Origin: Thermoanaerobaculia bacterium
GTDB taxonomy: Bacteria > Acidobacteriota > Thermoanaerobaculia > Multivoradales > JAHEKO01
Direction of reading: 5' to 3'
Length of the DNA: 64,000 nucleotides
NCBI GenBank assembly: GCA_945787575.1
Contig: CALZKB010000010.1
Location: 3,659 to 67,658 of the forward strand
Both the position numbers and the translations under genes were made by a program. Below the pieces are notes generated by a model that saw only the letters and a list, made by a program, of their open reading frames with translations, had not been told where the DNA came from and did not search any database. Shown here in pieces: positions 47,630 through 60,429 of this stretch (the first letter of the stretch is position 1; every line of letters starts with the position of its first letter).

Positions 47630-48382
47630 ATGTTGCACAGCGCGGAAGTTCTGTTGCTCGATATCTACGACCTCCAGGAAAACGACCGGATCGTGACCTG
47701 GCTGTCGCCGATACACGGCAAGGTGAGGGGTGTTGCGCGCGGAGCCCGGCGCAAATACAGTCGATTTGCCGGGGCGCTTCAGCCACTGGCGAAGGCTAGA
47801 GTCAACTGGTTTCACAGGGAGGGCCGAGACCTCGCCCGGGTCTCCGGAGTGGAGCTTTTACGACCGGCTCGACGCCTGCAGTCCGACCTCGAAGGGATCT
47901 TGCTCGGAGGCTACTTGGCCGGTCACGTCTTGGAGTTTGCGCAGGAGAATGAACCCAGCGAGCGTCTCTATCGGCTACTCGACGCGACCCTCGAGTCCCT
48001 CCTGGCCGGCGTCGACCGCAAGATCGCGGCGCGCTATTTCGAGGCGTGGACGCTGCGCTTGGCGGGGATCTTCCCGACGCCGACGGAATGTCCGGAGTGT
48101 GGAAGGGGGCTCGCGGAGGGCGCGGTTCTGGCCCGCGGCGACGATGCGCTTGTGTGCCCGGCATGCAGCCCGAGCGGTCGCCACGTCTCCGCGGCTACCG
48201 TCGGCTTCCTGCAACGGATTCGTTTCGAGTCCATCGCCAAGGTCGCCGAGGCACCGCCGGCGCCGGCCACTCTCGACGAGATCGAGGCGGTGTGCGGAAG
48301 GATCCGCCGCAGCTTTCTCCAGCACGAACTGAAGAGCTACCGCGTCATGCAGGAGACCCTATGCAGTCCTTTCAGGATCTGA
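47630..48382 (+). CDS. recO: DNA repair protein RecO
   Basis: N-terminal OB-fold region ([34 protein letters not shown]) and a zinc-finger-like CPECG...CPAC. Confidence 0.85.
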   Translation: MLHSAEVLLLDIYDLQENDRIVTWLSPIHGKVRGVARGARRKYSRFAGALQPLAKARVNWFHREGRDLARVSGVELLRPARRLQSDLEGILLGGYLAGHVLEFAQENEPSERLYRLLDATLESLLAGVDRKIAARYFEAWTLRLAGIFPTPTECPECGRGLAEGAVLARGDDALVCPACSPSGRHVSAATVGFLQRIRFESIAKVAEAPPAPATLDEIEAVCGRIRRSFLQHELKSYRVMQETLCSPFRI

Positions 48383-49281
48383 CCTTCGCCCTCTCGTCGT
48401 TCTGGGCAGAGCGCGGCTGCGTCTTGCAGCAACCGTACGATCTCGAGGTCGGTGCCGGCACGATGCACCCCGACACCTTCCTGCGAGTTCTCGGCCCGGA
48501 GCCTTGGCGAGTCGCCTACGTCCAGCCGTCGCGGAGACCGGCCGACGCCCGCTTTGGAGACAATCCCTTCCGCCTCGGCAAGCACTACCAGATGCAGGTG
48601 ATCCTCAAACCCTCTCCTCACGAGATCCAGTCGATGTACGTGGACAGCTTGCAGGCGATGGGAATCGACCTCGCCGTTCATGACCTGCGATTCGAAGAGG
48701 ACAACTGGGAAGCGCCGACCCTCGGCGCGTCGGGGGTCGGGTGGCAGGTCATGCTGGACGGGATGGAGATCACCCAGTTTACTTACTTCCAGCAGGCGGG
48801 CGGTCTGGAAATGAAGCCGGTGAGCGTCGAGCTCACTTACGGACTCGAACGGCTGACGATGTTCCTGGGACTCTCGCGCAACGTCTACGACGTGGAGTGG
48901 CTCGAGGACGGGCTGCACTACGGCGAGGTGCGCCATCAGGACGAAGTCGAGTCTTCGAAGTACTACTTCGAGGTCGCCGACGTCGCCTTCCTCGAGGAAC
49001 AGTTCGAGGGACTCGAGCGCGAAGCGCGGCGCTGTCTCGAGGCCGGAATCGTCCTCCCCGCTTACGAATGTGCCCTGCGCTGTTCCCATACCTTCAATGT
49101 GCTCGACGCCCGCGGCGCCGTGTCGGTCACCGAGCGGGTCGCGTTGATCAAGCGGGTTCGAGATCTCGCCGTCGCCTGTGCCGAGGCTTACGTCACCGGT
49201 CGCGAGAGCCTGGGCTTCCCGCTGCTCGCCGGTGACGCTTCCGCCGAACCGGGTGGGGAGGAATCCGATGCCCAAGGGTGA
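48361..49281 (+). CDS. glyQ: glycine--tRNA ligase alpha subunit
   Basis: [37 protein letters not shown] and [15 protein letters not shown] are highly conserved GlyQ sequence. The internal ATG at 48361 is the first base of that match. Confidence 0.95.
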   Translation: MQSFQDLTFALSSFWAERGCVLQQPYDLEVGAGTMHPDTFLRVLGPEPWRVAYVQPSRRPADARFGDNPFRLGKHYQMQVILKPSPHEIQSMYVDSLQAMGIDLAVHDLRFEEDNWEAPTLGASGVGWQVMLDGMEITQFTYFQQAGGLEMKPVSVELTYGLERLTMFLGLSRNVYDVEWLEDGLHYGEVRHQDEVESSKYYFEVADVAFLEEQFEGLEREARRCLEAGIVLPAYECALRCSHTFNVLDARGAVSVTERVALIKRVRDLAVACAEAYVTGRESLGFPLLAGDASAEPGGEESDAQG

Positions 49282-51364
49282 GCTGCTTCTCGAGGTGCGC
49301 TGCGAGGAGATCCCGGCGCGGATGTTGCGCCCAGCGATCGCCGAGCTCGAATCCTCGATCGCCGACGGTCTGGGTGCCCGTGACCTGGTGCCGACGAAGA
49401 TCGAGGGGACCTTCACCCCTCGCCGCTTGGTCCTCGTCGTGCGTGGGTTGCCGGCGCGAGAGCCCGACCGTCGCGAACGACAGATCGGTCCACCGGCCGC
49501 TGTCGCCTTCGACGGCGACGGCAACCCGACGCCGGCGGCGCTGGGCTTCGCTCAACGCTGCGGTGTCGACGCCTCGGCCTTGGAGCGGATCGAGACCGAG
49601 AAGGGAGAGTACGTCTCCGTCGAGGTCGAATCTCGAGGTCGCTCGACGGTCGAGGTTCTTTCCGAGCTTCTCCCCTCAGCACTCGTCGGCTTGACCTGGG
49701 CGAAGACCATGCGCTGGGGAGAGGGCGTCGGCCCGTGGGTCCGGCCGATTCACGGGATCGTCGCCCTCTTCGAGGAGGAGGTCGTGCCGTTCGAGCTGTT
49801 CGGAGTGACCACCGGAAACACCACGTCCGGCCATCCGGTGCTCTCGCCGAAGAGCTTCCAGGTCAAGGCGGTCTCGGACTACCGCAGCAAACTGAGGCGG
49901 CGGAAGGTGGAGATGAACTTCGAGTCGCGGCGCAACCGGCTCGCCGCGGAAATGAGCGACCGGGCGCAGGCGCTCGGCGCGCAAGTCGTCGAGGACGTCG
50001 AGCTTCTGGACAAGCTGGCCTCGATTTGCGAGATCCCGGGAGTGGTGCAGGGCGCCTTCGACGAGCAGTTCCTCGACCTTCCGCGCGAAGTCCTGATCGC
50101 CAGCCTCAGAGACCATCAGAGCGCCCTTACGGTGGAGCTGCAGGGGCGGCTGCTGCCGGTGTTCTTGACGGTCATGGATCGCGGCGACGACCCCAAGGGT
50201 CTCGTGCAGGCCGGGAACGAGTGGGTCGTCGAGGCGCGACTGGCCGATGCGAGGTTCTTCTACGAGGAGGATCGGAAACAGCAGTTGGTCGAGGCCTCTC
50301 GCCGCCTCGACACGCTCACCTTTCACGTCAAGCTCGGTAGCTACGCCGAGAAATCGGCACGGATTCGACAGCTGGCGCAGTTCCTCTGCGGCGAGCTCGG
50401 CTGGAAGAAGCGTGCCGGAGGCGCCGAGATCGCGGCAGGTCTGCTCAAGGCGGACCTCACCACCGAGATGGTCAAGGAGTTCACCTCCCTACAGGGTGTC
50501 GTGGGGGGCATCTACGCTCGCGAGGACGGCGCCGACGAGGGCGTCTGGCAGGCGGTCTACGATCAGTACCTGCCCGCCTCCACCTCCGATCGGATCCCGC
50601 GCAGCGAGGTCGGGATCGTCTGCGGAATCGCCGATCGAATCGATACCCTCGTCGGGATCTTCGGTCTGGGGCTGCGACCGACCGGTAGCCGCGACCCCTT
50701 CGGATTGCGCCGGGCGGCTCAGGGCCTGGTCCGCATCGTGCTCGAGGCCGGTCTCTCCATCGACCTCGACATGTTGGCGGCGCGCGCGGTTCTCCTCTAC
50801 GGCGACCGCCTCGAGCTCAGCGGCGACGAGGTGTTGGGCGATCTACGCCCCTTTCTCGAAGACCGCGTGCGGCACCTGCTCGGCCTTCAGGGCTTCCTCT
50901 ATGACGAGATCGAGGCGGCCCTTGCGGTCGGCTTTGCCGATCTCCCCGACCTTGGAGCGAGGGTTGAGGCCCTGCACTCGATGCGCGACGACGAGGGATT
51001 CCTGGCCGTCGTGCTTGCGGCCAAGAGGATCGCCAACATCTTGAGGGACGCACCGGAGCACCTGTTTTCCGAGGATCTCCTCAAGGAGGAGGCCGAGAAG
51101 GCGCTGTGGACAGCGAGCCGGCAGCTCAAGGCCGAGGTCGAGCAGGCGGAGGCCGACGGCGCCTATCGGGACTGCCTCCGCAGCATTGCGGACTTCGCCG
51201 ACGTCCTCGAGCGGTTCTTCGCGGAGGTTCTGGTGATGGACGAGAACCGTGATCTGAGAGGCAACCGGATCGCGATGCTGCAGTCGATTCAACGGACGCT
51301 CTCGCGTACGGCTCGTCTCACCGAGGTCGTCGTCGACCGCGCGCTGGTGCGCCAGGGCGCTTAG
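49268..51364 (+). CDS. glyS: glycine--tRNA ligase beta subunit
   Basis: [14 protein letters not shown] start and about 698 aa of GlyS-like sequence. It overlaps glyQ by 14 nt. Confidence 0.93.
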   Translation: MPKGELLLEVRCEEIPARMLRPAIAELESSIADGLGARDLVPTKIEGTFTPRRLVLVVRGLPAREPDRRERQIGPPAAVAFDGDGNPTPAALGFAQRCGVDASALERIETEKGEYVSVEVESRGRSTVEVLSELLPSALVGLTWAKTMRWGEGVGPWVRPIHGIVALFEEEVVPFELFGVTTGNTTSGHPVLSPKSFQVKAVSDYRSKLRRRKVEMNFESRRNRLAAEMSDRAQALGAQVVEDVELLDKLASICEIPGVVQGAFDEQFLDLPREVLIASLRDHQSALTVELQGRLLPVFLTVMDRGDDPKGLVQAGNEWVVEARLADARFFYEEDRKQQLVEASRRLDTLTFHVKLGSYAEKSARIRQLAQFLCGELGWKKRAGGAEIAAGLLKADLTTEMVKEFTSLQGVVGGIYAREDGADEGVWQAVYDQYLPASTSDRIPRSEVGIVCGIADRIDTLVGIFGLGLRPTGSRDPFGLRRAAQGLVRIVLEAGLSIDLDMLAARAVLLYGDRLELSGDEVLGDLRPFLEDRVRHLLGLQGFLYDEIEAALAVGFADLPDLGARVEALHSMRDDEGFLAVVLAAKRIANILRDAPEHLFSEDLLKEEAEKALWTASRQLKAEVEQAEADGAYRDCLRSIADFADVLERFFAEVLVMDENRDLRGNRIAMLQSIQRTLSRTARLTEVVVDRALVRQGA

Positions 51365-51384
51365 CTAGAAAAGGGGTAGGGAGC

Positions 51385-54102
51385 ATGTCGGACAAGAACA
51401 TCTATCTGTTTGGCGGGGGTAGCGCCGAGGGGGCCGGGCAGTCACGGGAGATCCTCGGCGGCAAGGGTGCGGGACTAGCCCAGATGAGCGCTCTCGGTAT
51501 CCCGGTGCCGCCCGGCTTTACCATCACGACCGAGGTGTGCAACGCCTACCATGCTCGGGGCCGACGCTACCCGGAGGGACTCGAGGAGGAGTTTCACGCC
51601 CAGCTCGCCGCACTCGAGGCGCTCCAAGGCCGCCGTTTCGGGGACCTGGAGGACCCGCTCTTGCTGTCCGTCCGTTCGGGCTCCGCCATCTCAATGCCCG
51701 GGATGATGGACACGGTCCTCAACCTGGGACTCAGTCGTGAGTCCGTGGAAGCTCAGATCGCCGCCGGCGTCGATCCTCGCTTCCTCCGCGACTGCGATCG
51801 CCGCTTGGTCACCATGTATGGAGATGTCGTCCTCGGCTTGCCCCATGACGATTTCGAGGCGATCCTCTCCCGGCAGCGCTCCGCGGCCGGCGTCGAGAGC
51901 GACGCGGAACTGACCGCCGATGATCTCGCCGCCGTGACCGACGCCCACCTCGAGCTCATCGCCTCCAGCGGGACCCCTTTCCCGGAGGAGCCTCTCGCGC
52001 AGCTGTGGGGAGCCGTCGCCGCCGTGTTCGACAGCTGGAACATCCAGCGAGCACGAGACTACCGCCGCCTCCACCAGATCGCCGACGATCTCGGCACGGG
52101 GGTCAACGTCCAGGCGATGGTCTTCGGTAATCGCGGCCCCGACTGCGCGACCGGCGTGGCGTTCACCCGCAATCCCGCCACCGGGCAGCGGCGAATCTAC
52201 GGGGAGTACTTGATCAACGCTCAAGGCGAGGACGTGGTCGCCGGGACGCGAACCCCGCTCTCGATCGCACCCACCGATGGATCGGGTGGGCTCGCCGCCG
52301 ATTTTCCTGAGGCCTACGCCGAGCTCCAGAACGTTTGCGACGTGCTCGAGGACGAGCGGAAGGAGATGCAGGACGTCGAGTTCACCATCGAGGACGGCAA
52401 GCTCTACATGCTGCAGACTCGCGATGGCCAGCGAACCGGAGCCGCGGCGGCGAGAATTGCGGTGGCGATGGTCGAGGAATCGAGAATCGACTCGGCCACC
52501 GCGCTCGAGCGGGTCGAGGGGGAACAGATCGCGCAGCTCTTGGCCCCGGTCTTCGATCCGGACGAAAAGCGCGCTGCGATCGAGGACGGTCGTCTGCTGG
52601 CCACAGGACTCGCCGCAGGCCCGGGAGCGGCTTCGGGACGGATCGCACTCACCGCCGAACGGGCCGCGGAGATGGCCGCGGGGGGGGACGTCGTGCTCGT
52701 ACGCGACGAGACGTCGCCGGAGGACATCGTCGGCATGCACGCCTCCGTGGGAATCCTCACCTCTCGAGGGGGAATGACCTCGCACGCGGCGGTCGTGGCG
52801 CGCGGCATGGGAAAGCCATGCATCGTCGGAGCCAGCGCGCTGGCGGTCGATAGTGAAGCGGGCGAGGTCCGGGTCGGTGATCGCGTCTATCGAGAGGGCG
52901 ACGAGATCTCGATCGACGGGACAGCCGGCGAGGTGATCGCCGGCCCGCTGGCGGCGCACCCTTCGGACGTCCTCGATGCCCTGCTGAGCGGGGAAGGAGA
53001 TTCCCCCCTGATCTCAGCCACCCGACAGCTTCTCGCCTGGAGCGACGACTCTCGACGGAGGGCAATCCGGGCCAACGCCGACACCCCTCATGACGCGGCG
53101 GTGGCGCGAGCCCTCGGCGCGGAGGGGATCGGGTTGTGTCGGACCGAGCACATGTTCTTCGAGGAGACCCGCCTCGGTTGGGTGCGGCAGGTGATCCTCG
53201 CTCGACGGGCAGCGGGACGCACCGAGCCGCTCGCACGCTTGCGACCGGTACAGCAGAGCGACTTCGAGGGGATCTTCGAGGCGATGGACGGGCTTCCCGT
53301 CACCGTCCGGCTTCTCGATCCGCCGCTCCACGAGTTCCTCCCCCGGGAGGAGTCGGCGATCGCCCGGTTGGCAGGGCAGATGGGACTCACCCGTCAACAG
53401 ATCGAGGACACTCTCGAGAGTCTCTCGGAGTCCAATCCGATGCTCGGCCACCGCGGCTGCCGGCTGGGTCTGACCCACCCCGAGATCTATGCGATGCAGG
53501 TCGAAGCGATCGTCCGAGCGACCGTCGCGCTGGCCCGACGCGGCCTCGACCCACGACCCGAGATCATGGTGCCGTTGGTGGGCACCGAGGCGGAGATGGC
53601 CCGCTTGCGGGAGCAGGTGGTGGAGATTGTCGAGACGGTGCTCGCGGAGGCGGAGTGTGAGCTCGAGATACCGATCGGCACGATGATCGAGGTGCCGCGC
53701 GCGGCGCTCGTCGCCGACCGGATCGCCTCGCACGCCGACTTCTTCTCCTTCGGCACCAACGACCTCACCCAGATGACGTTCGGCTACTCCCGCGACGATG
53801 TCGCGAGCTTCCTCCCCGAGTTCGTCGAGAAGGGGATTCTCGCGGCCAATCCGTTCGCTACTCTCGACGTCGAGGGAGTGGGGCAGTTGGTAGCGCTCGC
53901 CTGTGAGCGGGGGCGATCGCAAAAGCCTGGCCTCAAGATCGGGATCTGCGGTGAGCACGGCGGCGAGCCGAGCTCGATCGCCTTCTTCGAGAGCTGTGGT
54001 CTCGACTACGTCTCCTGCTCCCCATACCGCGTACCGGTAGCACGTCTCGCCGCAGCGCGAGCGACCTTGGGGTACGGTAGCGAGCTCAGCTCCGGTCTCT
54101 AG
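51385..54102 (+). CDS. ppdK: pyruvate, phosphate dikinase
   Basis: ATP-grasp N-domain (LGGKGAGLAQM), phospho-His domain (RGGMTSHAAVVARGMGKPCI), and PEP-utilising TIM domain (GICGEHGG). A GGGAG Shine-Dalgarno sequence lies upstream. Confidence 0.95.
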   Translation: MSDKNIYLFGGGSAEGAGQSREILGGKGAGLAQMSALGIPVPPGFTITTEVCNAYHARGRRYPEGLEEEFHAQLAALEALQGRRFGDLEDPLLLSVRSGSAISMPGMMDTVLNLGLSRESVEAQIAAGVDPRFLRDCDRRLVTMYGDVVLGLPHDDFEAILSRQRSAAGVESDAELTADDLAAVTDAHLELIASSGTPFPEEPLAQLWGAVAAVFDSWNIQRARDYRRLHQIADDLGTGVNVQAMVFGNRGPDCATGVAFTRNPATGQRRIYGEYLINAQGEDVVAGTRTPLSIAPTDGSGGLAADFPEAYAELQNVCDVLEDERKEMQDVEFTIEDGKLYMLQTRDGQRTGAAAARIAVAMVEESRIDSATALERVEGEQIAQLLAPVFDPDEKRAAIEDGRLLATGLAAGPGAASGRIALTAERAAEMAAGGDVVLVRDETSPEDIVGMHASVGILTSRGGMTSHAAVVARGMGKPCIVGASALAVDSEAGEVRVGDRVYREGDEISIDGTAGEVIAGPLAAHPSDVLDALLSGEGDSPLISATRQLLAWSDDSRRRAIRANADTPHDAAVARALGAEGIGLCRTEHMFFEETRLGWVRQVILARRAAGRTEPLARLRPVQQSDFEGIFEAMDGLPVTVRLLDPPLHEFLPREESAIARLAGQMGLTRQQIEDTLESLSESNPMLGHRGCRLGLTHPEIYAMQVEAIVRATVALARRGLDPRPEIMVPLVGTEAEMARLREQVVEIVETVLAEAECELEIPIGTMIEVPRAALVADRIASHADFFSFGTNDLTQMTFGYSRDDVASFLPEFVEKGILAANPFATLDVEGVGQLVALACERGRSQKPGLKIGICGEHGGEPSSIAFFESCGLDYVSCSPYRVPVARLAAARATLGYGSELSSGL

Positions 54103-54103
54103 C

Positions 54104-55561
54104 ATGTCGAACGCCTCGCCCCGCGACCGCGGGCGACAGGAAACGCGCTCTTCCGCGGCCGGCGTTCGGACCTCGCTCCAATGGGGTGCCGTTGTTCTCG
54201 TCCTCCTGAACACGGGCTGCAGGGACCGAGATCCGTCTTCTTCGGCACCCGGACCCGCCGCTGAGCGCCGACTCGGAGAGGGAGCTCCGGTGATCTTCGT
54301 GTCGCTCGACACCTTGCGTGCGGACGCCGTCGCGGGGAGCGATTCGGTGACCCCTCGGATCGACGAGTTTTTGGCCGACGCCGTCTTCTTCGAGCGGGCG
54401 ACGACCGAACTCCCTTTCACTCTTTCGGCTCATATGTCGCTGCTCACCGGGACCGCCCCGGACGTTCATCGCGTCTTCGGCGAGGGCGACCGCCTCGCGA
54501 TCTCGGTCTCCACCCTCGCCGAAGTCCTGAGCGATGCCGGCTACCGCACAAAGGCGGTCGTCAGCAGCGATTGGCTCGCTCCCGGTTTCGGATTCGGCCG
54601 CGGCTTCGACTCGTTCGAGCGGCTTCCACTGGGTCTGTCGTTCGCCGGCGACGCTCATCGCCGGGCCCTCGACTGGCTGGCAAGCGCAGAGGGAACTCCC
54701 TTCCTGTTTCTCCACGACTACGACCCGCATTCAGATTTCGAGGTGGAAGGCAACCAATGGCCTTACTGGGCACCGGAAGGTGCTCTCGAGAGCCTCGCTC
54801 CGATCTGCCGAAAGGCACGCTGCGAACCCGAAGGGGAGTGCGCCACGGGTTATCTCCTGTGGGCGAATCGCAACCCCCGGCGAGTTCCCGATTGGGCACG
54901 GGAATGCCTCCTGGAAGCCTACCGCGCAGGGGTGCGTGGGCTCGACCGAGAGCTCGGCCTCTTCTTCGAGGAGCTTCGGGTGGACGGCTGGTACGACCGC
55001 TCGCTCATCGTGTTGACCTCGGATCACGGCGAGGAGTTCGGCGAGCACGGACAGTACATTCACGCCCAGACCCACCACGAGACCGTGGCGATTCCGCTGG
55101 CGTTCAAGCTCCCCGGAGGGGTCCGCGGGGGGACGACCCTGTCGAAGCGTGCCCAGCTCGCCGACGTGGCACCGACGACGCTCGCTCTGCTCGGGATCGA
55201 TCCACCCTCGGGAATCACCGGGCGAAATCTCTTCGAGCGGGCCGGCCGGCAGATCGCCGCGGTAAGCCAGAACAAGCACCGTCGTGAGCGCTACGCCATC
55301 ACGCTTGGTGGCTGGAAGCTCATTCACGATTTCGTCGACGAGAGGTCACACCTCTTCAACCTGGTCGCGGATCCGGGAGAGGAGATCGATCTCGCCGCCA
55401 CGAGCCCGCGCCGAGTCCGACGGCTGCGCAAGGCTCTCGAGGCCCGGATCGCCCGTTATCGAGCGCTCGTCGCGTCGAGCGTTCCGGGCGAAGTGGAGGA
55501 GGATCCGATTCTCGACGAAGCGGCCCGAGATCGTCTGCGGGCGCTGGGGTATCTTCAGTAA
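54104..55561 (+). CDS. sulfatase / alkaline-phosphatase superfamily hydrolase, secreted or membrane-anchored
   Basis: IFVSLDTLRAD N-terminal metal-site motif, LTSDHGEEFGEHG, and an N-terminal hydrophobic segment. Confidence 0.75.
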   Translation: MSNASPRDRGRQETRSSAAGVRTSLQWGAVVLVLLNTGCRDRDPSSSAPGPAAERRLGEGAPVIFVSLDTLRADAVAGSDSVTPRIDEFLADAVFFERATTELPFTLSAHMSLLTGTAPDVHRVFGEGDRLAISVSTLAEVLSDAGYRTKAVVSSDWLAPGFGFGRGFDSFERLPLGLSFAGDAHRRALDWLASAEGTPFLFLHDYDPHSDFEVEGNQWPYWAPEGALESLAPICRKARCEPEGECATGYLLWANRNPRRVPDWARECLLEAYRAGVRGLDRELGLFFEELRVDGWYDRSLIVLTSDHGEEFGEHGQYIHAQTHHETVAIPLAFKLPGGVRGGTTLSKRAQLADVAPTTLALLGIDPPSGITGRNLFERAGRQIAAVSQNKHRRERYAITLGGWKLIHDFVDERSHLFNLVADPGEEIDLAATSPRRVRRLRKALEARIARYRALVASSVPGEVEEDPILDEAARDRLRALGYLQ

Positions 55562-55612
55562 CCGCCGGTCATCGGCATTGTTAGACTGGATCCGGCGAGG
55601 CGCCCCACCGTT

Positions 55613-57373
55613 TTGGCCAAGATCCGCATCCTTCCAGATCAGCTGGCGAGCCAGATCGCCGCCGGTGAGGTCGTCGAGCGGCCTGCCGCGGTGGTCAAGG
55701 AGCTTTTCGAGAACGCGCTCGACGCCGACGCCGGTCGGATCGAGGTGGATCTCCAGGCCGGCGGCAAGCGCCGAATCTCGGTCGTCGACGACGGCTCGGG
55801 CATGGGCCGCGACGACGCGCTCCTCGCGTTCGATCGCCACGCCACGAGCAAGATCTCGACCTTCGACGATCTCGATAGAGTCCGGACGTTCGGGTTCCGA
55901 GGCGAGGCTCTCGCCTCCATCGCCGCCGTCGCTCGGGTCGAGCTGACGACGGCCGTGGACGCCGGAGACGGAGTTCGCGTCCGCATCGAGGGCGGCCGGG
56001 TTCGCTCGGTGGAGCCGGCCTCCCATCCCCGAGGCACCCGTATCGAGGTCGCCTCGCTGTTCTTCAACGTGCCCGCCCGCCGCAAGTTCCTCAAGACACC
56101 GGCCACCGAGCTCCGTCACTCCGCCGCGGTGGTACAGGGCTACGCTCTCGCGCTACCGACCCTGCGGATCCATCTCCGGCACCATGACCGCACTCTCGTC
56201 GACGTGATGCCGGCCGGTGAGGGTGCGGACGCAACCCGGCAGCGGGTCGCACAGGTCTTCGGTACCGAGCTCGCCGACCAGCTGACTGCGATCGAGCCGG
56301 TCGGAACCACGGATGGCGGGACGATCTGGGGGTTCGTGGGAGGCCCTGCCTCCGGCCGCGGGCGGCGCGCCTTCACCTTCGTCAATCGGAGGCTGATCCG
56401 CGATCGGGGGGTGATGGCGACGTTCTATCGAGCGGTTCGAGACGAGTGGCACAGCGAGGAGTTTCCGGCTCTGTTCCTGTTCTTCGACCTCACCCCCGAG
56501 GCGGTCGACGTCAACGTTCATCCCCAGAAGAGTGAAGTGAGGTTCCGAGACAACGCGGTGCTGGATCGCGCCGCGGCGGCCATTCGCACCGGCCTGCGCG
56601 GCTCCCGCGGCGAGATCGCAGCCGGGTTCGCACCCTCGGGCTCGCATCCCGCCGTGCCGTTCGCCTGGCAGGGCTCGGGAGCCGGAGCCGGCGAGCGGGC
56701 GTCGGCGGTGGCCGAAGGCGACCGGCTGGCTGCCGCCGCGTACCAGCCGCTCGATCGCAGCCCGGTCCCGCTCAGCGGCCGTAGCGGCGAGGTGCGGCCG
56801 TTCCGGCTCCTCGGACAATACAAGGGAACTCTAGTCCTGCTCGAGGGTCCCGACGGCCTCTACATCGTCGACCAGCACGTGGCTCACGAGAGAATCCTCT
56901 TCGAGCGCCTGCGACGGGCGATGAGGGCCGAGCGGACCGCGGCCCAGACGCTCCTGCAGCCGATCGTCTTGGAGTTGGCGGCGGACGAAGCCCTCCGCCT
57001 GGTCGAGCATGCCGACCTGCTCGACGAGATCGGATTCGAGCTGGCGGGCATGTCGGGCCACGCCGTGGCCTTGCTGACCACGCCTGCCGGTCTCGATGCC
57101 GCCGATTCCGAGCGGATCCTGATGCGTCTCGCGGGCTCCCCCTGGGAGCACGACGATCCTCGCGCGCTGCGCGCCGCCATTCTCGATGGCTGGGCCGCCG
57201 ATGCGTCGTGCAAGGCGGCCGTGAAGATGCACGAGCCCCTTTCCGCGCCGGAGATGGAGGCTCTCGTCACCGAGCTGTTCGAAGCCGAGCAGCCCTACGC
57301 CTGCCCTCATGGACGGCCGATCGTCATGCGAATGACCGATCGCGACCTCGAAAGTCGGTTCGGGCGCCGCTGA
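55613..57373 (+). CDS. mutL: DNA mismatch repair protein MutL
   Basis: GHKL ATPase motifs (IAAGEVVERPAAVVKELFENALDA, DDGSGM, FGFRGEAL) and a C-terminal dimerisation domain (ACPHGRP). TTG start. Confidence 0.93.
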   Translation: MAKIRILPDQLASQIAAGEVVERPAAVVKELFENALDADAGRIEVDLQAGGKRRISVVDDGSGMGRDDALLAFDRHATSKISTFDDLDRVRTFGFRGEALASIAAVARVELTTAVDAGDGVRVRIEGGRVRSVEPASHPRGTRIEVASLFFNVPARRKFLKTPATELRHSAAVVQGYALALPTLRIHLRHHDRTLVDVMPAGEGADATRQRVAQVFGTELADQLTAIEPVGTTDGGTIWGFVGGPASGRGRRAFTFVNRRLIRDRGVMATFYRAVRDEWHSEEFPALFLFFDLTPEAVDVNVHPQKSEVRFRDNAVLDRAAAAIRTGLRGSRGEIAAGFAPSGSHPAVPFAWQGSGAGAGERASAVAEGDRLAAAAYQPLDRSPVPLSGRSGEVRPFRLLGQYKGTLVLLEGPDGLYIVDQHVAHERILFERLRRAMRAERTAAQTLLQPIVLELAADEALRLVEHADLLDEIGFELAGMSGHAVALLTTPAGLDAADSERILMRLAGSPWEHDDPRALRAAILDGWAADASCKAAVKMHEPLSAPEMEALVTELFEAEQPYACPHGRPIVMRMTDRDLESRFGRR

Positions 57374-58080
57374 TGTCCCTCTTCCGAAGCAAACGCCCTC
57401 ACGCGGACGTGGAGAGACGGCTCGGCTACCGTTTCGGCGACAGCGAGCTGCTTGCCACCGCCTTGACTCACCGCTCTTACGCCAACGAGCAGGGGTTGGT
57501 AGCGCACTACGAACGGCTGGAGTTCCTCGGCGACGCCGTGCTCGATCTGGTCTCCGCGGACTGGTTGTTCCGCCGTTACCCGGAAGCGACGGAGGGAGAG
57601 CTGTCGCGGATCAAGAGTTTCCTCGTTTCCGAGCCGGTCCTCGCCGATCTCGGCTGCGAGCTCGGACTCGGCGCGGCGATCCGGCTCGGAGTCGGCGAAG
57701 AGCGCTCCGGCGGGCGCGAGAAGCCGTCGCTTCTCGCCGACGCCGTCGAGTCGGTGATCGGCGCGGTCTATCTGGACGGCGGTCCCGCCCAGACCACGGA
57801 GGTCGTGCAGACCCTGCTCCGAAAGGCGTATCGAGGACACGAACGGTGGGAGTCGAGCGATCCGAAGTCGGCCCTGCAGGAGCTGCTGCAAGCGCAGGGA
57901 CGGCCCCTTCCACGCTACTTCCTTATCGCTTCGGAGGGGCCCGACCACGAGAAGCTCTTCACGGTTGCGGTGAGGGTCGGCGACGACGAGCTGGGGCAGG
58001 GGAGCGGTCGGAGCAAGAAGATCGCGGAACAGGAGGCAGCGCAGGCCGCGCTGCAGAGACTCCGCGACGGCGACCCCTGA
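57373..58080 (+). CDS. rnc: ribonuclease III
   Basis: RNase III signature ERLEFLGDAVL plus a C-terminal dsRBD (GPDHEKLFTV...GRSKKIAEQEAA). The ATG shares 1 nt with the mutL stop. Confidence 0.93.
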   Translation: MSLFRSKRPHADVERRLGYRFGDSELLATALTHRSYANEQGLVAHYERLEFLGDAVLDLVSADWLFRRYPEATEGELSRIKSFLVSEPVLADLGCELGLGAAIRLGVGEERSGGREKPSLLADAVESVIGAVYLDGGPAQTTEVVQTLLRKAYRGHERWESSDPKSALQELLQAQGRPLPRYFLIASEGPDHEKLFTVAVRVGDDELGQGSGRSKKIAEQEAAQAALQRLRDGDP

Positions 58081-58110
58081 GATCAAAGCGCGCCGATCGG
58101 CCGATGCCGA

Positions 58111-58116
58111 TACAAT
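58111..58116 (+). promoter_or_regulatory. candidate -10 box (TACAAT) upstream of asnS
   Basis: An isolated TACAAT in the 57-nt rnc-asnS spacer. GGAG lies at 58129-58132, ahead of ATG 58138/58141. Confidence 0.3.
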
Positions 58117-58137
58117 CCGCGATTCAGCGGAGATGGG

Positions 58138-59441
<1,304 letters not shown>

Positions 59442-60344
59442 ATGGAGCGTCGGGGCGGGGGTCTCCAACGGTCTCGAGTCGGCGCCCATGTCGCGATCCT
59501 GATCCTCATCTGGGGGACCACCTACGCCGCGATCCGAGTCGGCCTCGAGACGGTGCCCCCGTTTCTCGGAATCGCCCTCCGCTTCGCGGTCGCCGCCGTC
59601 GTGCTCCTGGTCGGATGCCGAGTCCTCGGTGTCGAGTGGCGCCAGGACGGCAACCTGTGGGGACTCTGGACGTTCAACGCGATCACTCACTTCGTGATCC
59701 CGTACGGGGTCGTCTACTGGACCGAGCAATGGCTCCCGTCGGGACTCGCGGCCGTCCTGTTCACCACCTTCCCGCTCTTCGTTGCCCTGCTCGCGCACTG
59801 GCTCGTGCCGGGAGAGCACATTCGCCCGCTCACTTTCCTCGGCGTCCTCATCGGCTTCACCGGAGTCGCCCTCATCTACTCCGATGATCTCGGCGCCCTC
59901 GCCGACCCTCAGACTCGGCTCGCGGCTTGGGTCTTCATCCTCTCTCCGTTGGCCGCTGCCGTGGGAGACGTCGTCATCAAGAGCCGGTACAGCCGGGTGC
60001 ACCCGATCTCCCTGACCGCGCCATCGCTCCTGATCACGGCGGTCCTAACCGGCGGCTTGGCTTTGCTCTTCGAGGACGTGGGTGGGGCCGAGCTCGGCGC
60101 TCGAGCCTGGGCGATCATCCTCTATCTGGCGCTCTTCGGGACCGCGCTCGCGTTCGTCCTCTACTTTCGCCTGCTCGCCACGATCACCGTCACCGGTCTC
60201 TCGCTCATCACCTTCGGCATTCCGATCGTCGCCCTCGCTGTCGGTGCTCTGGCCCTCGAAGAGACTCTGACTCCACGGGTTCTGGGCGGCGGCGCCCTCG
60301 TTCTGCTAGGCGTTTGGGCAGCAATGCGGCCGAGCCGAGCCTGA
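59442..60344 (+). CDS. EamA/DMT family transporter
   Basis: About 10 predicted TM helices in two EamA-like halves. It starts directly after the asnS stop. Confidence 0.75.
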   Translation: MERRGGGLQRSRVGAHVAILILIWGTTYAAIRVGLETVPPFLGIALRFAVAAVVLLVGCRVLGVEWRQDGNLWGLWTFNAITHFVIPYGVVYWTEQWLPSGLAAVLFTTFPLFVALLAHWLVPGEHIRPLTFLGVLIGFTGVALIYSDDLGALADPQTRLAAWVFILSPLAAAVGDVVIKSRYSRVHPISLTAPSLLITAVLTGGLALLFEDVGGAELGARAWAIILYLALFGTALAFVLYFRLLATITVTGLSLITFGIPIVALAVGALALEETLTPRVLGGGALVLLGVWAAMRPSRA

Positions 60345-60400
60345 AATGCCGCATCGCGCCATTCGATCTATCGCGTCGCGGCGTCCATCGAGAAACGTCA

Positions 60401-60406
60401 TACAAT
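60401..60406 (+). promoter_or_regulatory. candidate -10 box (TACAAT) upstream of the acyl-CoA dehydrogenase gene
   Basis: An isolated TACAAT in the 85-nt spacer, followed by AAGGAG (60416-60421) and ATG 60430. Confidence 0.3.
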
Positions 60407-60429
60407 CGCGCGCGAAAGGAGTGCCCTGC